From positions 2,790,001 to 2,854,000 of the forward strand of contig JBHGNT010000002.1 of the NCBI GenBank assembly GCA_043228905.1: a stretch of DNA of 64,000 nt, read 5' to 3'. Numbering within the stretch: the first letter of the stretch is position 1; the number at the start of each line of letters is the position of its first letter. The position numbers were made by a program, and so were the translations under genes. Below are positions 48,901-62,512 of the stretch, one piece after another. Under the pieces are notes generated by a model. The model ran no database searches, was not told where the DNA came from, and saw only the letters and a program-made list of their open reading frames with translations. The stretch is from Azolla caroliniana. Its lineage: Eukaryota; Plantae; Polypodiophyta.

Positions 48901-51900
48901 CGACGGGCTCAGCTCCGCTTTGGCTTGAGCCTGTTTAAACGGTTTGAGCTCAGTTCGGCTCAACTTGACCCTGCAAAACCGGTTAAGCCAGTTATGTCAT
49001 TTAATAATTAGGTCATTTTTCTCTAAAAGTTAGAACTTCAGAGAGAGTGTAAACTCAACAAACTTAGAAGCTGAGAGTCAACTATTGAGTCTCAACACAG
49101 ACATCAGAGAGAGAGGGAGAGAGGGAGTGAGATAGAGGGAGAGGGAGCCTACATAGTGCACGGTGACGAGAACCTCCTTCTATTGAGCTTAGAGCACCTC
49201 CTGCAGCTTGCACGCCTTCAGGCTTCTACGGACAGCATACTGTCCCCCAGGTACATGTTTTCTTGCTTTTATGATGTTTTATAATGAGTTTAAGTTTTAA
49301 CCCTAGGCAAACACCAATCGCATGCTCTTTACTCTCTTTGCAAAACCCTCGCAGCTTGCAACTTGATTCCTAGCTCCCACGACTACGCTTAAGCTAAGGC
49401 GATGAGTAAGAACCACCGCCAACCATCAATTGTTACATTTTTTATTATTTATTTTTGTCATTTTATTTTGTTTCGTGTTGCAGTTTTCAGTAGTAAACTG
49501 CGCTTAATGAGCCTTTCGTGTCAAAATTTTCTTATTTTTTTAGAGTTGATTTTTTGGTGGTTGTATTTTAATCACATGTACTGGTTAATTGTTTCTTCAT
49601 CCATTCCGTTAACGATAACTGTCAATTAGTATTAATCACTAGTTGAAGGTATTAACTTCTCGAGACAATCTAGATCTTGGACAGAGAATATTAGTACAGT
49701 TTAGAGGCTAAAGTGTACCCTTCAAGGCTTGCAGTTAAAGGCCTTGTAAGGTTTCAACACATGCATACAAACTCACCACTCGGCCTTGTCATACTGAACT
49801 ATTGTATATAGTGTCAACAGTCAACAAGAAGTATAATGTTGAGGTTTGTCTCATAATGTTTCAACTACTTTTGTCGTATAGACATGTTTCTATCATGTAC
49901 ATAACAGAAACCATCATATTGAGATTGAAAACTTCAATAGAAAACCATCGTGCACAGGTATTGTCAACCATCATGTTGAGCTCATAGTAAACCATGTTAC
50001 GGTTTTCATGCCTCAAGCAGAACCATTCTTTTGAGCTCACTATAAACCATATTGAGATTTTAAACCTCAACCCGAACCATCATGTTGAGGTTTTCAAACC
50101 TCAACCAAAACCATCGTGTTGAGCTCATTGTAAACAATCATGTTGAGATTGTAAACCACCCCACCTTTGTGTTGAGCTCATCAACAGCCATTGTCTAGAA
50201 TTCAACCTCAACTATCATGTTGAGTTTACAGCATAATCATGTAGAAACAGTCAACAGCTTTCACTGTGATGAACCATCATGGTGATCTATCGTGGCGAAA
50301 AATCATGTTCACTAAAAAAGAAAAAGTACACACGAACAATATAGTAAAACATAAACAGTTTCTCTCTATATAGATGCATACATCTCTACACGCATCAAAC
50401 AAGTCCCATTGTGTAAGTTTCTCGTGTACAACTCCCTGTCTGTGTCCGACAAATCAAACTTATACTAAGGTATCCAATGGTTTGGTTTCCGAGGTTCGCA
50501 AGAACCTTTGAAAAGTGCACCTCCCATACCACTCAACCACAAAAAGACCAAGGCCGGGCTAAGTGATTGGCTTAAAAATATAGACCTAAACAAGATTTGT
50601 GAGACAACATCAACTAATACACCCACCTCCTTTCAGAAGGGTTGGCCAAAGTTCACCTTAGATAACCTCATCCACACCAAAGAAGATGTCCTCCTTGAAT
50701 TCAAACCCTGGAATAAAGAGATCGATCTCTGGTTGGACGAACTAGCAAAGAGAAAAACAATAGCCTGCTAGTACAAAGAGATGTTGAATGCAGAAATTGC
50801 TAAAGCTTGTAAACACAACATATGTACCACCAGATTCACAGACCACGGCTAGGCCTAACTTTGATAGCACTTCTATAGGCCATGAGGAACCCCCCAATAA
50901 GATCCCAAACTAGGACTCCACCAATGACCCAAGCAAAGAATACCAAAAACTCTAAGACAGTAACCCCAACGACTCACGCACCTAATTCAAAATTTTCTAT
51001 ACAAAAGCTATTGACTTTAGTGGACCGAGGGCGGAAATCCACTCCCGACAAGATGGACTATTACCTAGAGTAAGAAAAGATCAACAATTAGATCTCCAAT
51101 GGAAATTTCTATTGCCTATCTACACCTAGAATTTAAGAAGATAATGTGGCTTTGCGACAGAGACTCCTACACCTTAAGGTGTCCTAGCTAATAAAAGAAG
51201 TATATAGGACAGCCAGGCTCCCCATGCTAGAGAAAAGACATCTTGAGTCAATCTTGGCTAGGCCAGTAGTGTTCACTATAGGAGAAGTCCTAAGATTAGA
51301 CCCTCAACCATGGCATGATCTACTTCAATGAGTGCAAAGACACAGCCAAGATGGACACAGGGAACCTATAGTCACAATCCCACATATAACAGCCCCAAAA
51401 TCACTAGAATACACATTGGGCAGCAACACCTTTTGAAACCGATAATACGAGTTTCACACTTATAATGGCAAATGGTATCACCCCTCCAACAATACTTGAT
51501 ATCGGAGCAGAAGGTTTGGTATTATAAGTTATGACCGTTGGTAAAGGTAGTCCTAAGATGGCTCAGGCAGATATTAAACTCTGGATGGCTAATTGCTCAA
51601 TTCAACTGTAAAAGGGCATCATTAATGGACTTTGTGAATGATGTCCTCTACATGAGAAAAGAGAATAAGTGTTACTGAGTGCAAGTTACACTCAAAAGGT
51701 GCACAAAAAGAAAGGTGACCTGCTCACGGACGATCAATCTATGACCACATATTTCGAAGCAAGGTTGTTGGCATGGGAAGCAGGTAACGATCCTGATTAT
51801 CTTTGAGATGATGGCTGGAATCTAAGGATAGCCCATCTTCCTAAATGAGCTATGATTCAATCATGAATTAGGTGGATATGCTCGATACCACAGGGATGCA

Positions 51901-54505
51901 GCCATTCGGAAACCCAATGTTGCAATGCAAATGGCTAAATTATCATGAACACCCTGGGAAGCACGCATTGCATAGACATCCAGCGCATGTCACAGATGTA
52001 CACCAACTCCTCTACCTCCTTTGTGATTGCAGCCATTAACCTGTCCTGCTGATGTGAGGCTCACTGCCACATCATAAATCATCTCTTAATCTTTTCTTAT
52101 AAATCCTCATTGACATACATCATGTCCTATTGTTCCACATTCACCATCAAGTAAGCATGATAGCTCACCTGAATTCGGGAGGCTAAATTCTCATTAATAA
52201 GTATCGTGTCCAACTGTTCCACATTCAACATTAAATAAGCATGATAGCTCGTCTGAATTTGCAGATCTAAGGTATTTAACTTATCCTAGGATACATGTGT
52301 GTTATTTAGCAGACACATTAGGTCACTTTTCTAGGTCACTGCCAAATCAGAAATCCTCTTTTATCTTTTCCAATAAATTCTCATTAACAAGTCTTGTGTC
52401 CAACTGTTCCACATTCAACATTAAATAAGCATTATAGGTTGTCTGAATTTACAGATCTAAGGTATTTAACTTATCCTAGTATACTGTGCTATTTAGCGGA
52501 CATATTAGGTCACTTTTCTAGTAATACTCACCTCTCGCATTGGCACGAGGCATTGAGTATGTTAAAATATCTTTCAGAGAGGGCTGATTATGGCATAGCC
52601 CATTCCAATCGTGATGAAGTCTACAGTTCCTCTACCTCTGATCTAGCACAATTTGAACATCAATTTCAGGGTATTATTTGGTGTCTAAAGGACCATAGTG
52701 GACCTATTTCTTAGTTTAGTAAGAAGTAAACTTCTGTGTCAGCTTCTTCAACTAAATCAACGTACAAAGAAGATTTGGTCGTTACATCTAAAGATTTGTG
52801 GGTAATGCATTTGAAAAGGGCTCAGAAGATATGCATAATCAATGACGACCACAAATAACTATCTGTTTGTACAGTCAAAGTGAAATTGCCTTCGCAGGGA
52901 ATCCTAGGGAACACTTTAGAATGTAAAAAGTTAATTTGACAGAATCACATTTGAGTATCATCCTTCAAAGAACAATCTTGCAAATATGTTCACCCACACT
53001 CTTGACACCTAAAGATCAATTGTCAAAGAAGTGGTATTTGTCCTTCCTCAGAATGTAACTGAAGAAGACGATATTAGGGTTTATAAGTTTTGATTTGGGG
53101 ATGTCTTGCTGCTTATCGATAAAATAGATTTCAGTTTTCAAGTCAGCAATATCAAATTAATCTAGAGCATGGTTTTACTACCTTTGGGGTTTTCAGCTGA
53201 AGAGCTGGAAAAGCATCATCCTATTTCAATTTGGTGTTTCAAAAAAATCCTTTGATTGAGTTCATCAGAGTGCCATCTTAATCTGTTGAGCAACTGCCCT
53301 GGTAAGAAAGTATAACAAAGGTGGATAACTTCTGATACTATTAGGATTCCACCAGTCTCTAGAAATGGTGATTCATCATCCAGCTATTTAATAATGTACT
53401 CAGCTTAGCCATGCACTAAGATTTTGAGATAAAGTATGCCAATTTTGAAGTTAAAGATGAAAGGGCTAGAGAAGTCGGATGGTGCATGGAACTGCATTTC
53501 TTTTCTGCCATGATGTAACCATGTTATGAACAGGGTTAAGAGTGGATATTATTGGGATGAGCACCATGCTCTCTTTTTTAAAGATCCATTGCTCTATTAT
53601 GGTAAAAAAATCATACTTGATAAGACCCATCCATCCTGTTTATGGTCCAAAAGCAGAAATGTTATACCTTCATAATTCCCAGCCGTGACAATGATACAAC
53701 TGTTGACGTCAAATCATACATGTCAAGCACTGTGTTAAAAATCTTCCATAACATCGTTCCTGTGGTGGACAATCCAATCATCGAGTGATGAGATAACCGC
53801 ATATGAGAGAGAAAGGTGAAGGGAAGAAATGAGTTAATGTATTAGAAATATGAAACCCACAATGATAGTAATGCTAATCGGGTAAGTTAGATATATCACG
53901 GAGTAGCCGGTAATATTATATGAAAGAAAAACAAATATCTCTAGTTTTCCACAAAGATTTCTCACAATTGCTTGTACCAAAAAGAAAATACAAAGGAAGT
54001 GACCAAGCCGATCCAATCAATGATAAAAGTCAGAACTGCTAGATAAAAATGATACTTCAAAGATCAAATGCATTAATATGGAGTTAAATGGAATGCTTAA
54101 AATGCTCCTTCGCCTTCATCCTTCAGATCTTTCCATTTTCGTCGCATTCTTAGACATGATCTAGGATTTCCTGATAACGATGAGCGTGGGAGCTAGTATT
54201 CTCTCATCATTTATGATCTTTCAGTGTTTTTGTTACCAGTTTTACACATGATCTACGGACTCTGATGATGAAGATGATGAATTAACAACGAATGACATCG
54301 ATGAGGGGGGGGAAACTTCCGCTGCTATGTCATGATTGTCAATAACAGATCTTTGGAGGATAGCACCCAGGGCAAACGATTTAGAGAGGCAAAAAACGGA
54401 GGATTTAGAGTCTAACCTGCGCAAGATGAGGATAACAGGGTCGGCTAGGTTAGTCTTCCACCAACGCCTGAGCCAGTTGGAGGCAGTGGCGGTGCTGGGC
54501 TTCAT
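45947..54505 (-). CDS. DUF2062-like plant membrane protein, 186 aa
   Basis: Exons 54505-54417, 46939-46869, 46777-46672, 46422-46287, 46105-45947 (561 nt, GT-AG, in frame): LADPVILILRRGTEPKQLAFSAALGITLGIFPVCGVTVFLCG..MLANFIATPVELSLIIPFLRFGE..VLGWLVIAPF. Confidence 0.88.
48670..48990. mobile_element. Possible hAT/MITE terminal remnants
   Basis: Clustered AACCG/CGGTT motifs, CCGAACCGAACCAATCCCTA at about 48721-48740 and TAGGGGT at about 48890. A similar AACCG cluster lies at 42235-42325. Confidence 0.4.
49900..50230. repeat. Degenerate tandem array with AACCATC(A/G)TGTTGAG core
   Basis: About 9-10 copies, several followed by TTGAG..CTCAA hairpins. Confidence 0.7.
50500..51700 (+). mobile_element. 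Possible highly decayed gypsy gag-protease relic
   Basis: ILDIGAEGLVL near 51493 followed by IKLWMAN..KGII resembles a retropepsin D(T/S)GA region. Many stops. Confidence 0.35.
52200..52920 (+). mobile_element. Decayed copia RT/RNase H relic with a local ~120-bp duplication
   Basis: LRYLTYP..ILGHFSSNTHLSHWHEALSMLKYL..DYGI and GPIS*FSKK*TSVSASST match the copia RT C-terminus and RNase H start. 52206-52333 is repeated at 52395-52521. Confidence 0.7.
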
Positions 54506-56026
54506 GGTGATGGCCTCCTGCCTCAGGGGGTGAGCCTCTGCTACGGCGGCGGCTGCTCTGTTTTTCTCAGTCTCCTCTGCAGGTATCATGAATGGAAATG
54601 GAAATGGAATGAAGAAGAAGTGAAATTGCCCATCAAGAGAAAGAAGAAGCCATGCATGGGAGTGGGATGGGCGGACGGATGGGCGGGGGCTCGGCCAAAT
54701 CGGCCATCGGACCCGGCCACTGGCCACCTCTTCGGCATGGGTGTCCGCCCGCCCACTTGGTGCTCTCCGTCCATGAGAGCAAACCCTCGTAGATCGATCG
54801 GGATTCCGGACATGGGACACGCTCTTTCCAAAACGCCCCTTTCTCCCCCCATCACGTGGAACCGTGAATCCTCTTTGCTTAGTCCTAGTGTCTCGAACAC
54901 GTCCGGCCTCTTTGATTAGTCTTCGTGTCCTCTTTGCTTTCTTAATCTCATGTCCGAACTATCCTCTCTCTGGTGTCTTGGACCCATACATATTCCCTTA
55001 CGGATTTGAGGCCATTCAAATGTCGTGCAATCGTATTCATCTATATTTTTCTCATATGACAAGAATCTAGGATGCTCTCAAAGCGAAAAACTGCTTGTAT
55101 GGTTAAAAGATGTCGTTGCATAATCAATTCCAAGTCTCTTCATCTCTTTGTGAATACGATTACCTTTCGGCAACATTTCCAAAATCCTACTCCTTTCATG
55201 AGATGATTCTTGGGGTTGGAACCATGAGTTCTCATCTAGTTCACAAATCCTAATTTAAATGACAATCGTGTGCACATTGGTCGATGACCAACAACACACA
55301 ACGACACTAGGCAACAATCATTCATGCACATATCCAAGAAAGTATATTACTAAGGATAGAACTTAGACTCAACAAGCCCAAAAGACCCATGACCATACAT
55401 ACTCTTAAGGAAATATAAAACACACCATATCGAATAATTTATTTAATACATGTGAATGCCAATCCTGAATGGGAGATTAAGGAGTATGACAACCATGCAT
55501 TAAGAACTAGAAACATAATCATCATTCGCAAAGAGATACTCAGATATGTATAGGAATATGCAAGCATCGCTTCGTCCAACATAAGTACACTAAGTGTTTA
55601 TTGTTTGGTATGAATTAAAACAGATGCATTTAGGCATAGATTTCATCCAACTTAAGTACCAATACATATACAATACTAGCACCACCATTTTCCTTAAGAA
55701 TTTTCATGGTAAACAGATACATGAGGGTATAGATTCATCCAACTTAAATACAAATACATATGATTAAAGATACACGTAGGCATAGATTTCATCCAACTTA
55801 AGTACAAATGCATATAATTAACCAGCGCCAACATTTTACTACATATTTTATCCATAACTACGTATATGTAATTTTTTGGAAAATATTAGGATTTGAGCTT
55901 GATACTTCATAAATTATCAAATTGAAGGACTTACGCACAAGAATTTCATTGGTTAAAAAATCCTCCTAGGTGTATGTAGGAATTGTAGGAATAGGAATTT
56001 AACTGCTTGATGTCCAAATCACCAAT

Positions 56027-56190
56027 AGGAATTTAATCTTCTTCATTTTATCACCAATGCAAACTCTCATTACAGATTACAAAGGGGTTTGCCAATGTTA
56101 ATTTAAGAGGAATTTAATCTTCTTCATTTTATCACCAATGCAAACTCTCATTACAGATTACAAAGGGGTTTGCCAATGTTAATTTAAGAG
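56027..56190. repeat. Perfect 81-bp tandem duplication downstream of DnaJ
   Basis: AGGAATTTAATCTTC...TTAATTTAAG occurs twice, at 56027 and 56108. Confidence 0.92.
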
Positions 56191-56565
56191 CACATTTTTT
56201 TCATTTTGCTACTTAACACACCATTGCAACCTTTCTGTCATAATGTTAATACAGGAAGCGAGGGAGTTAAAAATAGGGAGAAAAGACAAATTTCCACTCA
56301 AATATCTTTGTTTTGACTAATCAAACATGGTTCTTACAAACAAACACATGATCTCATGTAATCAATCTATGACAGTCAGCCATTCAGCAGTGTCATCACC
56401 AGATTGTACATAGTAAATTCATACTATTGTTGATGCATGAGAGAGAGATTAGCCCAACCCAAATTCTAATCACTAAAACCCGCCATTCTTTTATATAAGA
56501 AACTTCTGTGCCCAAACTCTTTCCATTTCCTAAGTTTAAAACAATAATAACACAATCGGAGCAAA

Positions 56566-59202
56566 CTACTGCTGAGCACACTGCACTTGTGGTCCTGCAG
56601 ATGGCTCTTCCTCTTCATCATAAGCCTCTTGTCGAGATTGTTGCTGTTTCCTCTTGAGTTCCTCTTCCATATTCACATCTTGCAGAATAGTTTCTTCACA
56701 TTCATCAAGCTCCATGTCTGTCATTCCATTTGATGGCCGAGGGGGTAATATCGCTTCCAAAGCCTTACATTGATCCAAGGACAGAGATCCTGACTCCGGA
56801 AACTCCACCGAGAAATGGATATAAAGCTTGCCCTTCATGAATGGACGCTGGTATATCGGCATACCCTCATCATTAACAGCTTTGAATTGGCCTGATGAAC
56901 AATGCGACCAAACCATTAGGAATGCTTTCCAAATTGCTAAAAAGTTGGCAGTTACATCTATATAAACGGAGTCTTTACAACAACCTGACCCATGAAAGAG
57001 TCTTACCAGGTTTTACAATCTCTCCTTGCAGTGACTTGAGAAGTAATTGACGTCCATCAAGATGTGTCAGAACAAATTGGTAACCACAAAGGGCCTCCAC
57101 CAAAGTGAGAGAGTGTTCCACAAATAGATCATCTCCCTTTCTCTTGAATTTCGGATGGTCCTTGAGTTGAAGAACAAAAACTATGTCACCTGTAATAGTA
57201 TCAGGCTGTGCACAAAGAAAGACAGGCCCCATTATGTCTCTAAGCATTCAAATAAAACATCAACATAAAGCAATTCAAAAGGATTCTGTAAGAGATTATG
57301 CAACAGACAAATTACTTACTGCCTCGTCTGCTTCACCAGCAAAAGTAATCTTCTGTCCATGTTTCATACCCTTATCCACATGCACTTCCAGGACTTTCTT
57401 CTCTTGCACAACCTTTTCACCCTTGCATTGAGAGCACTTATCCTTCTCACTGATGGTTTCCCCTGGAAAATGCAACATGCAAGAACAATAACATGTTCAT
57501 TATTCATGATTACAGAAAGAACTACTTTTCTACTTTCATATGGATAGCAAACTGTAAATCAGAGTGACAACATAAATTCAGAAATTGAACATCAGCCTAC
57601 GAAATTATACATACCTGAGCCTTGACAAGAAGGACAAACTTGCTGCATTTGTTGAATCATGCCTGGCCCAAGCTGCCTTATTGACACCTTCATGCCAGAC
57701 CCTTGACAACCAGCACATTTCACAGTAGCTCCAGACTTGGATCCGCTTCTGTTTAGAAGAAGCATTATTATCGTCATATAATGACACTTAAGACATACAG
57801 AAATATAGTATGAATAGAATCAATAATAACAAAGTCTTCATTCTACACACAAGAAATGGAGGGCACAGTGTACTATTAAAGCAGACTTCGAAGACTCACC
57901 CTTTACATTTGGGGCACAACACATTCCTGGAGAGTGATAGCTTCTTTGAAGTTCCATTATAAAGCTCTTCTAAAGACACCTTAAGTGGATGTACAACATC
58001 TTCTCCACGTCTCTGCCTTGATCTCCCACCCCTTGAACTACCACCTAACAATAGCGAATTAAGAAACAAGCAAATCTTAGCATATGTTTAACCTAGTTTG
58101 GTACAACACAGAGGTCTAGATGTTCGCTCAACAATTGAGTATCTATATACTTAATGAAAACATTGATAACAAAAAATCATTGTGCTCACATCCCTCCAAA
58201 ACATATCCCTTCAAAAGATAATATGCTCAAACTTAGCCAGAGAGACCTACCAAGATATCCAAACATACCAGCACCCTCACCTTATCTAGAAATTGCTTTG
58301 ACTCTCAATCCATTTAATACCACACAAGAAAAAACCAGACACCTTGTCTGGAAATACTTAAGAATTTTATACGTGATCTAATAAATGGTACAGAATATCA
58401 TCCCACCCGCAGAGAACAATCACTTGGTCGTCCGATCCTCTCTTTGTTAGATCTTCGGTATGAGATAAGCTGAAAAGGAAAGGAAAGCGTAGGAAACTAA
58501 CCTCCAAAAGGACTAGCGCCACCAAAGAAGGATTCGAATATGTCAAAAGGACTGTGTCCATCAGCACTGCCACCCATTCCTTCTTTAATAGCATCCTCTC
58601 CATACTGATCATATATTTCTCTCTTCTCTGGGTCACTCAAAACTTCGTATGCCTGAGCTAGTTCCTTAAACTGACCACACAGAAACGAGACACCGATTAA
58701 ATACTAGACAGATAAAAGCATTGCAACGACTATAACATAATACTTATGGAACATATAGATGAAATATCAGACATATAAAAGCATTGCAATGAATTATAAG
58801 ACATTATATTTCTGGAATAAATAGAAGACAGATCGGACAGATAAAAGCATTGCAATGAATTATAGAACATTATATTTCTGGAATAAATAGACGACAGATC
58901 GGACAGGTAAAAGCATTGCAATGAATTATAAAGCATAATATTTCTAAAAATAAATAGGCGGATCAAGAAAACGAGGCACATATGAAAGATCAGATATAGA
59001 GATTGGAAAGATGATATTAAAAAATCTTGGTTCACGGCCGAATACTAGATACCTTTTCAGGGTCTCCACCTTTGTCGGGGTGATTCTTAATTGCTGCCTT
59101 CCTGTAGGCTTTCTTCAACTCGTCTGTAGAAGCAGTCTTTGAAACGCCGAGCACTTCATAGTACCTCGTGTTGTTGCTTTTCTTGGGGGCTCGACCGAAC
59201 AT
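56566..59202 (-). CDS. DNAJ: Type-A DnaJ/Hsp40 (J2/J3-like), farnesylated, 421 aa
   Basis: Exons 59202-59053, 58670-58502, 58044-57900, 57748-57615, 57462-57320, 57205-57007, 56891-56566 (1266 nt). [18 protein letters not shown] motif, G/F region, four CxxCxGxG-type motifs, CaaX CAQQ. Confidence 0.96.
58705..58955. repeat. ~63-bp tandem repeat in DnaJ intron 1
   Basis: AAAAGCATTGCAA(T/C)GA.TTATA unit in four copies. Confidence 0.85.
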
Positions 59203-59602
59203 GATGCTGGCGGAGATAACAGAGGGAGAAGACGATGGACCGAGGTTCCGAGATTCGGTAAAGCGAGGAAGACCTTGACGGGATAGGATTTCAGAAAGGG
59301 AAATGAAAACAGCCGGATCTAGTCTTCAAAGGAGAAATCGAAGGATCGTGGAATCAGAGATCAAGACGAAGGATTAGGGCTTGGCAGATGCAGACAACGG
59401 ATTAGGGTATCGCAAAGAGAGGCGACAGACTAGGGATTAGGAAGAGATAAGACAGCAAAAGGCAGGAGAGATGAGGGTGTGGGATTTGAAAACAATGGGG
59501 GGAGGGATGAATTAGGGTTCCGGCTGTCGCAGCAGAGATGGGGAGGAAATTAGGGTTTCGATCAGCACACAGCTTCGGCTATGGGGGAGAAAGAAAGAAG
59601 AA

Positions 59603-59640
<38 letters not shown>

Positions 59641-59656
59641 GAAGAAGGTCGGAGGG

Positions 59657-59761
59657 TCTAGAAGCTTCCATGGAAAATAGAAGATAAAATATGAAGAATA
59701 TTAGTAAATATTTATTTGTATTTATATTATTGGCCTTCTTCTATAGCCTTCTAGAGTGTTC
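59657..59761 (-). promoter_or_regulatory. Heat-shock elements and TATA box upstream of DnaJ
   Basis: TCTAGAAGCTTCC at 59657-59669 and TTCTAGAGTGTTC at about 59749-59761 are nGAAn inverted arrays; minus-strand TATAAA near 59721-59726. Confidence 0.6.
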
Positions 59762-60298
59762 GGTCGTTGACAATGAAAAGGGACAAATATGTAAATAACT
59801 TTTAAATACGTATGAATAATGAAACCATAAAAACTCGAAAGCTTTTCGTTCCTTCTTCTTCACATTCTCACACTTTTTCTCGCTTCCTTCTCTTCTTGGC
59901 CCTTGCCTTCGGTCTTCGGCTCGAATCCAGACACTCTCGGCTTACGGATTTGAGCTCTCCAATCAATCTCTTTTGTATACGAATGTGGTCGGGCTTTTTA
60001 TTACTCAGTCAGAGCGTGTTTTAGGTTGGTGATATCAAACCAATTTGTGTGAGCATCCATCGATGATTCAATGCGCAAAGGAATGTGTCAACTTGTGAAG
60101 AGCTTGACATGACCAACAAGCTACCTAGGCAACTTCGAGATGGCGTGAAGGAAGTGACACCATGACTCAATATCAAAGTCAGACATTCATAGCACAATTT
60201 GAAGGAAACCCTACTAGACGTAAATAATTAACTAGATATATGGTTATCACATAACGCACAACTTCTTAAGTATGTGTATGTGTTATGTACATGAGAGA

Positions 60299-60301
<3 letters not shown>

Positions 60302-60347
<46 letters not shown>
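60302..60347. repeat. (GT)n microsatellite
   Basis: Direct reading. Confidence 0.95.
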
Positions 60348-60351
<4 letters not shown>

Positions 60352-62462
60352 TAACAATGTATACACCAACGACAAGTATATATGTTAACGATAGGGGGAT
60401 GATAATGATCAACAACACAAAAGGAGAGGGGGTGCTTTAGATCAAATTGCCCTCTCACTACCTTCTTGTTGGACTGCAACTACTCGCTCGTTGTCATTGT
60501 GTTTTACGTCGAGTATAGAATATCCTTTACCATAATTGTATGGAAAGGGAGTTATATCATTAGGAGATACATGGTTATGACTAAAGGGAATAAGTTGGTT
60601 TTAATGCAAACACGTGTATCCACCACTTGTGTGATCACACGCATGCCGAACACTAGAGTCGCACATATGCGCCCATTACTTGTGAGATAGCACACACTTT
60701 GGATACTTGTGCTTTATATCTTAGCATATGAGGGTTTTTTTTATTACATTTTGTTACATGTCGTTACACAGCACCGGAGGTGCAAGAAAACTAACTTGCA
60801 AGGATTATGAGAAAACTCGTTCTAGTCAAACAATGAGATGTCAACATTGTTGCAATAAGAGTGGAATTGGCCAGAGCACCATGATGGGTTGAGACTACAA
60901 CCAAGCTAAGTTGATTGTTTGACAATGCTTTAGTATGTCCAATGTTCGGAGAGTTGAATACAAGAAAGATCGTTCTCACAAGGAACGAACTTGGCGGTAG
61001 TGAATCGTGGTCAAGGCAACCACAACCAAGCACCACCAATTGCTAGCCAATATGCAAACAACAACACTAACGTTGGAGGAATTAATGGCAACCCTACTTG
61101 AGGGGCAAAAGAAATATCAATCTCACAAGAAAGGGACTAGATGGCATATTGGCAGTGGTCAAGGCAACCACAATAGAGCACCATCAATAGCTAGCCACTA
61201 CCCTCAATAACACTAACATTGGAGGAATTAAAGGGCAAACTCACTTGAGTTGCAACCCCTCCATGCCAAATGACCATGAAAGCCTTTTAATTTGAATTGG
61301 TAACAAATACAACAGAACATATACTTTGGATAGATTTGTGAAGCTAGGATATAATGAGGAAAGGAAGCATACATCTTCGACACAAAAAATGAGACAAGAG
61401 AGAATATTGAATGGCATACCACAAGTTAGTGGTAGAAGTGCGTAGTGAGGCTCGTCATCTTGTGCTTAGGTGGGAACATGACATCTTGGTCACATGGGCA
61501 CCCTTCAAGAGATTATTGCTCCTACTCCATTTGGGAATGTTGAAGCAACAATCGTTGCACTCGTTTCACCCGAAAAAGGTCAATGCAACTGCACATGCCC
61601 TAAAGCCACCAATCTCTCCTCTGACTTATTAGAATCAACAACCCCTCTTGGACACAATCAAGTCATCCTAACCATCATTGGCCCCAAGTGCCCAATTCCT
61701 TGCATCCTCAATTTGTTGTCTTTCCCTCTATCTAGAGGAAGGTTCATCCACAACATCTATTGCCCACACGCATGACATAATAGTTAAAAAGAAATATAGT
61801 TAACTAGGTTGTATGACTAGTTTTTGTATTATATGAATTGTTGATTATGTGGCTTGATGAATAAAACATCAAATTAAAAATGGTTGCACAACAACCTTCC
61901 ATGAAGCATATGTAAAATGCTTGAATGAAACTTTTGTAAGGATGTAGTGCCTTTCAGTGTTCTTGCCAAAAGCTACTTCATACTATGGTGTTGTCCTTGA
62001 GAAACACAAGAGGTCAATCTCAAGGAATGTACCACCACCTACCCTTTTGTTGGTGAGACACGTGAGAATGAGTGTCAACCACTCTCAAGCTACTAATGTG
62101 TAGAATAACTACTAAAGCAAATTGTGATTCAAATCTACAACTTAATCACCTGAAGATTAATTATATACTTAATCTATGTGAGACTTTACCATAATATGAG
62201 CATCTGATTGGAGAGCAACTAGGCAATAAATCAACAACATGATTAAACTTTCACTAGTCACACTTAATTGCATTCCTAGAATAATGACAATGATTATGAC
62301 TATAACTTGAGATTAAGGAAATGATTAAGAGAGTATTAACTTTAGCTCTAGTGAACGTATATGAGGAAGAAACCTTGCAAAAGGTTTATAGTTTCATATA
62401 TGTAGTTCTTCCCTGTTTAGCAATATTACAACCATCTTCCTTAACACTTGGGAGGCTATAAA

Positions 62463-62466
<4 letters not shown>

Positions 62467-62508
<42 letters not shown>
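62467..62508. repeat. (TA)n microsatellite
   Basis: Direct reading. Confidence 0.95.

Positions 62509-62512
<4 letters not shown>

Noticed and set aside
8330-59202. Functional Hsp70 co-chaperone cluster (BAG plus DnaJ)
   Set aside because: The genes are 44 kb apart with unrelated genes between them; both families are large, so chance linkage is sufficient.
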